Below are positions 61,862-64,000 of a DNA stretch of 64,000 bases, piece by piece. Each line of letters opens with the position of its first letter. Positions within the stretch are counted from its first letter, which is position 1. Source of the DNA: Paraspadella gotoi (lineage: Eukaryota > Animalia > Chaetognatha); the NCBI GenBank assembly GCA_051294375.1, contig CM119271.1, positions 9,501,308 through 9,565,307 on the forward strand. The letters run 5' to 3'. Made by a program: the position numbers and the translations under genes. Under the pieces are notes generated by a model. That model saw only the letters and a program-made list of their open reading frames with translations. It searched no databases and was not told where the DNA came from.

Positions 61862-63727
61862 AAAGAAAGAAAGAAAAAGAAAAAAGAAAAGAGACAGGGA
61901 AATAAACAATGATCATTTTAAAAAGAAAGAAAGAATAAAAGAAAAAAAGAAAAGAAAAGAAATGACAAACGATAAAAAAGCTAAAAACAAGCCTAGTTTG
62001 TTGCGTTTTGAAACGAAACGTAACAAAAACAACAACCCCCCCACCACCCCTACAACCCACCTCCCCGCTTCACCTATAATCCAACTTTCCATCCCGATTG
62101 GCGTCCGCCCCGGCGAACAACCTCTCCACTTTCAGCCTTCGTCATCTTCTCCCCTCGAGTCGTCAAGAGTTCTCGTCAACTCGTCCAGGGTGACGAGCCG
62201 TCCCGGTTGACGTCGACGCGTTGGAGGCGCGGAGGAGATCCTCTCTCGTTGGCGGGCGGTTCCTGGCGAGGATGTCGCAGACTTCCTTGAAGGTCATGGA
62301 GGAGCGGGCGCGTCAGAGGGCCAGTATCTTTGGATGTTGATTTGGAAATTGATATAAAGTATAAAACTAACTGACAAGTGGAGTATCGATTGAGAATTTG
62401 GAATGCGTTAATAAATCTCAATGATGAGCTAGGGTAGTCTTGTATACTGGACACTAATGATTAAGTCTGCCTCATTCCCAAGATTTGATTGAAAGATGTA
62501 TGAAATTGGTACAAACCCAAATATAAAATTATCCATTCATTTAATAAATAAGCTATCTTGCCCTGACTTTTGGACAGTGCTTTGGTGGTTTAATGGCCCT
62601 CCATCACTCTTACAAGATAATGACACAGCAGGTCCCTGCAAGCTTTCAATCAAGACTCTCTCACAGTCTCGTTATTCACTCCCAGAGTGCCTGGCTTCCT
62701 ATCAATGAAGTGGTATAATATTCAAAGAATGTTTCAATTGTATGAAAGATGTTATATTACAGTCATGTGCAAAAAAATCGCGCCACTTTATTTCAGACTT
62801 TAAAAATCACCCTATATACTTGATTTTTAAAAAAGATTTTAAATGTGAATTAAAATTTATAAAAAGATGATAAATTTGGCATAAACTTTATTTAAATCTG
62901 GCTATCCATTTAGGAGCAGTGATTTCTAGTACTTTACTGCAAAGCGAAACGTGAAAAAATCTGATAGATTTAAGGCTAATCTTTTTTTCTTTGATATTTT
63001 TTATTCTTTGTAGTATATAAAAAATTTAAAAAAAATTATATTAGACATCCGAAGGGATTGCTAGATTGCCCCAGATTCCTAAATAATAATCTTAAGGTTA
63101 TTGAAACATACGAGGAAAGACAGATCCACATCTGAAGCTTTTAAATAAGTCTATTTTCCCCATTTGGTTTTAAAACATTCAATTTTAAAAAATCATATCT
63201 CAAAAACCACATGACCAATTGTAATAAAATTTTGACACAGCGATTCCTTTTTTAAAAAGAATTATTTTTCTTACATAATTTTTAAAAATGTTTTTATAGA
63301 ACGTCTGGATTTTAAAGTCATAAATAACGTGAGTATACATATATCGTAACCTAACATATCTTGTCCAAATCGCTTGAACCAAAAATTCCTAAATCTATCG
63401 TCCTCAATCAAAATGAAACTGAGACACCGGGACCAACGAAGACGCTTCTTCTCATCCCAATCGTGCATCAACTCCATAACTCCTCTTTTGTTCCAATCTC
63501 CCTCACTTCTGTATCGTCCTGCTGCTGGGATTCCTCCCCGCCTGCTGCAGCACCAACATCAGCTCTTTGCTGTCCTGCAGCTCGTCGTCCAGGGACGCCG
63601 CGACGCCGAGGTAAGCGGCGCGCGATTCGCGAACGAACTCTGTCTCGCACGGCGCCGAGAGTGACGCCGAGGCGTCGGAGACTCGACGCGACGCCGCCGA
63701 ATCGGCGCGAGAGGCGCGGGACGTCAT
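36887..63727 (-). CDS. EFCAB7: EF-hand calcium-binding domain-containing protein 7 orthologue (spliced, >=9 exons)
   Basis: GT-AG bounded exons in collinear order: 63727-63507 (ESRAAYLGVAASLDDELQDSKELMLVLQQAGRNPSSRTIQK); 62327-62074 (YW..CDIL..VDVNRDG..RGEKMTKAE..ADANRDGKLDY, EF-hand pair, with indel errors); partial 41440-41304 (rest in N gap); 40885-40712 (KDWASTKSRGVVFVDEDG); 39870-39647; 39283-39118 (TSGCRL..DIFHLSDLDGNGTLS); 38781-38505 (RTSGE..DLWVTLAAMGFNKALLLDEAVPF); 38103-37958; 37130-36887 (stop). Motifs match recalled vertebrate EFCAB7 (RAAYL, AGRNPS, TGCRL, DLDGNG, DLWVTL..MGYNKAL). Intron phases are consistent at the junctions that could be read. Confidence 0.92.
37514..37748 (+). 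mobile_element. tRNA-derived SINE-like repeat
   Basis: 72-nt tRNA-like head at 37548-37619 (acceptor GCGGTCA/TGGCCGC, T-arm CCAGG-GTTCTAG-CCTGG, Gly-like TCGCCTCCCA with a broken anticodon stem); homologous to 13170-13410. Confidence 0.75.
40220..40549 (+). mobile_element. Solo-LTR-like element (330 bp) in an EFCAB7 intron
   Basis: Canonical TGTTG...CAACA ends; internal motifs shared with the LTR at 61224-61623; no clear target-site duplication. Confidence 0.6.
40918..41300. repeat. (ATCA)n degenerate microsatellite filling an EFCAB7 intron (also ~39340-39600)
   Basis: Runs of TCAATCAATCAA. Confidence 0.9.
41453..41938 (+). CDS. gag: Gag C-terminal part of element A, Arg/Ser/Asp-rich (partial, 5' end in gap)
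   Basis: Open frame missing from the ORF track because it has no start: KREDRDRARGSRDYSPRSRDSS..RDSRSRDNYDRDRNRR..KKNPPPSETSSEN*, directly before the protease frame. Confidence 0.7.
   Translation, partial: KREDRDRARGSRDYSPRSRDSSVSSNSSSRDNRRGRDNRRSWGRSGYRDSSSYDSRDSRSRDNYDRDRNRRYSRFGDRDRNRPRDSRRSDRQDYRKGNRDIRNNDRDRRNRDRYRVANTSDEDSGENQSEEEAVRKFLSDRRKAKKAAKKNPPPSETSSEN
41953..43092 (+). CDS. pol: Pol of element A: aspartic protease and linker (frameshifted pieces)
   Basis: DTG catalytic motif and IILGWDF motif (41953-42447); continuation 42532-43092 leads into the RT N-terminus. Confidence 0.85.
43861..45225 (+). CDS. pol: Pol of element A: RNase H and integrase
   Basis: RNase H (43861-44226); integrase HGSMMSGH..CAVC, VICDLV, TSDNGGEF, QSQGNVERQNR (44263-45225). 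Confidence 0.93.
44676..46580 (+). repeat. Tandem direct duplication (~945 bp unit) of the integrase region
   Basis: The sequence starting GATGCAAGATAAAATCAAACG at 44676 restarts at 45621; the second copy is more frameshifted. Confidence 0.9.
47594..48296 (+). repeat. 5' LTR of element B (appears 5'-truncated)
   Basis: Matches 57021-57576; has CCAAT, TATAAA (~47988) and AATAAA (~48098); ends ..GCTACA two bases before the PBS. Confidence 0.75.
48299..48318 (+). promoter_or_regulatory. Primer-binding site complementary to tRNA-Leu 3' end
   Basis: TGGGGTGGCAGCGGTGGGAT equals TGGTGGCAGCGGTGGGAT, the complement of tRNA-Leu ..ATCCCACCGCTGCCACCA, with two extra G. Confidence 0.8.
54956..55835 (+). 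pseudogene. Frameshifted accessory ORF in the post-integrase position of element B, function unknown
   Basis: GC-rich coding-like island between pol and the 3' UTR (MSFDPNHTTSSSS..GEDWAELAPGRGRPPPNQ..); no recognisable domain. Confidence 0.4.
57021..57576 (+). repeat. 3' LTR portion of element B (U5 missing; may begin upstream near 56717)
   Basis: Direct repeat of 47594-48128. Similarity stops about 28 nt after AATAAA. A purine tract GGGGGAAGAGAA at ~56706-56717 is a PPT candidate. Confidence 0.75.
58094..61210 (+). CDS. Retrotransposon-associated ORF3: DEDDy 3'-5' exonuclease (WRN-exo/MUT-7/EXD/RNase D-like) + helical region + probable degenerate second exonuclease-like domain
   Basis: Intronless 1038-codon ORF; first ATG at 58148. 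ExoI VGFDTE (D195, E197), ExoII GKNVREDL (D256), ExoIII SDF..SPLSPQHLIYAALDS (Y353, D357), numbered from 58094. A likely 1-nt frameshift near 61120 would give a C-terminus ..LHRSITTLLVFKFCVRFAR, stop at 61179. Confidence 0.85.
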   Translation: MTKSILYLFYLVTVSDYNMGKRKTITQCLYSLAPNNREETIPPEDDLPRFPLVLPPQDDLPRFPPVLPPQISSETSHSDSNIPTALPSAPTPVLPSVPDVEVREIKLPGDVNPDTLYVDIKDIPPFKNNAPPSKTIDKARYLEYEFAEKLKYLKLEEMSASKIIHVRNTRDDRMAGARFASLLAKSDRDILVGFDTEGSSATVQLSAKVGTDEVNVVYQLKSSVAESCLSEGVPDNLFNILLHERIIFAGKNVREDLLELFETLSISLFKAIRLRYLEVTDLYGFCQSLAQGPREVRRFVQSGQWVREFQVSLAFFFNFAFRDRFLDKRSFHRDHTSDFAEERSPLSPQHLIYAALDSRASRDAVVALLGMLGLRPTAFAREVGDDSFPINNRILDIAKAFENDSPRNKREETGIAALKLCQVFFKTRVADAEKAEIVRRLRKQIAVIKLKEIRTKTKIDIVFIEDDRVDQLVITPFRSASTIETIEEPCESSPPAKVRKFLPSAPIDASSVSTPETSQVPPSAEVECATDATIAGPTKTRPGGKSTSSPTFAVLSRATREAKPPEDSAISSARTLTTLQIADFQRYLKKKRELTVTKTIEEWVKILSYMPKRKQNNRRKAYLLARTMFDFFPTRRLNDFVTAVLKEKALGSSCLHSLVQLKYFSCSSLVLLDYFLDSDSRTHTLKSAAQEFDQAEISSIVGFISRFYRRKDLIVEKLRSTGFYANMHDIDDFKERFSNYRVGRFIRTCSEVAKLPLSRHYLDIICKSRTDILVEAFLRGEIEEFDMYFSCRAIAAGENRLFLTSVMRVAEFNSLLASFLLRLRGDPERSFPPAEHDDFSPSCREPYNKVLHDLPSSLRGNRTDGIIIKDINELDKFKRAFSKSEDYAIAYHRPLPGLEKTEIDFLSILCDREVFHFAPGKNRAVTEAMISTLKPSQSRLFTFKKVPLFDFFRREFSWVPSNWVDAETVCKERGWEATINLIANKITGDAYCPRGLHFHGSSRPSSNALSTARLRRCSYSSFAFASLVKDAYWSGRPI
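61209..61223 (+). promoter_or_regulatory. Polypurine tract (plus-strand primer)
   Basis: AGAAAGGAGGAAGGA directly abutting the LTR-initial TG. Confidence 0.75.
61224..61623 (+). mobile_element. 3' LTR (~400 bp) of the exonuclease-carrying retrotransposon
   Basis: Starts TGTTGGA immediately after a purine tract; ends TTCCAAA (TCCAACA expected, one base off); patchy similarity to the LTR-like element at 40220-40549. Confidence 0.7.
62498..62710 (+). repeat. Unclassified dispersed repeat; other copies at 37215-37375 (+), 3183-3277 (-), fragment ~35686-35710
   Basis: Shared blocks CATTCATTTAATAAATAAGCTATCTTGCCC, CCTCCATCACTCTT and TCTCACAGTCT among the copies. Confidence 0.75.
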
Positions 63728-64000
63728 GGAGTGGGCGTGGCGACCGACTTGCGGCTTTGGTGTGGCTTCGTTCGATTGATTGAGTTTTGTTTGTATTATT
63801 TACTTTTATTATTATTTAGACGGTTGAAACAATGATAGTTTGAAAAATCTCGTCATTATTATTTCAAATTAAATTTTACGCATATATACTTATTTGCGTT
63901 GTAAAACCATAATTTCGATCGAAATATTGTTTAGTTCAGCAATTTTTAAATATTTAGTTTAACACTTTTCGTTCCAGTAATATATTTCAAATTTACTGCC

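Noticed and set aside
62074-62327. EFCAB7 as a pseudogene because of frameshifts in exons
   Set aside because: Similar 1-nt indel noise affects much of the window; motifs and splice sites are preserved.

Overview
Eukaryotic (animal-like) draft-assembly window: AT-rich, microsatellite-laden introns, GC-rich exons, five N-gaps, and long stretches with raw long-read-type indel noise. Left half: a ~27.6 kb imperfect inverted duplication (~7745-35350) holding two divergent copies of a spliced Myb/SANT-like (trihelix-type) DNA-binding gene. It is probably an assembly or haplotype artefact. Right half: a multi-exon EFCAB7 orthologue on the minus strand (63727-36887) whose ~20 kb intron contains two nested plus-strand Ty3/Gypsy LTR retrotransposons. 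The strongest signal is an intronless ~1000-aa ORF (58094/58148 to ~61179). It has a complete DEDDy 3'-5' exonuclease motif set (WRN-exo/MUT-7/EXD-like) and a probable second, degenerate exonuclease-like domain. It sits in the env/ORF3 position, just upstream of a polypurine tract and a TGTTGG-starting LTR, so it looks like a retrotransposon-borne nuclease. All family assignments come from motif recognition by eye; no searches were run.
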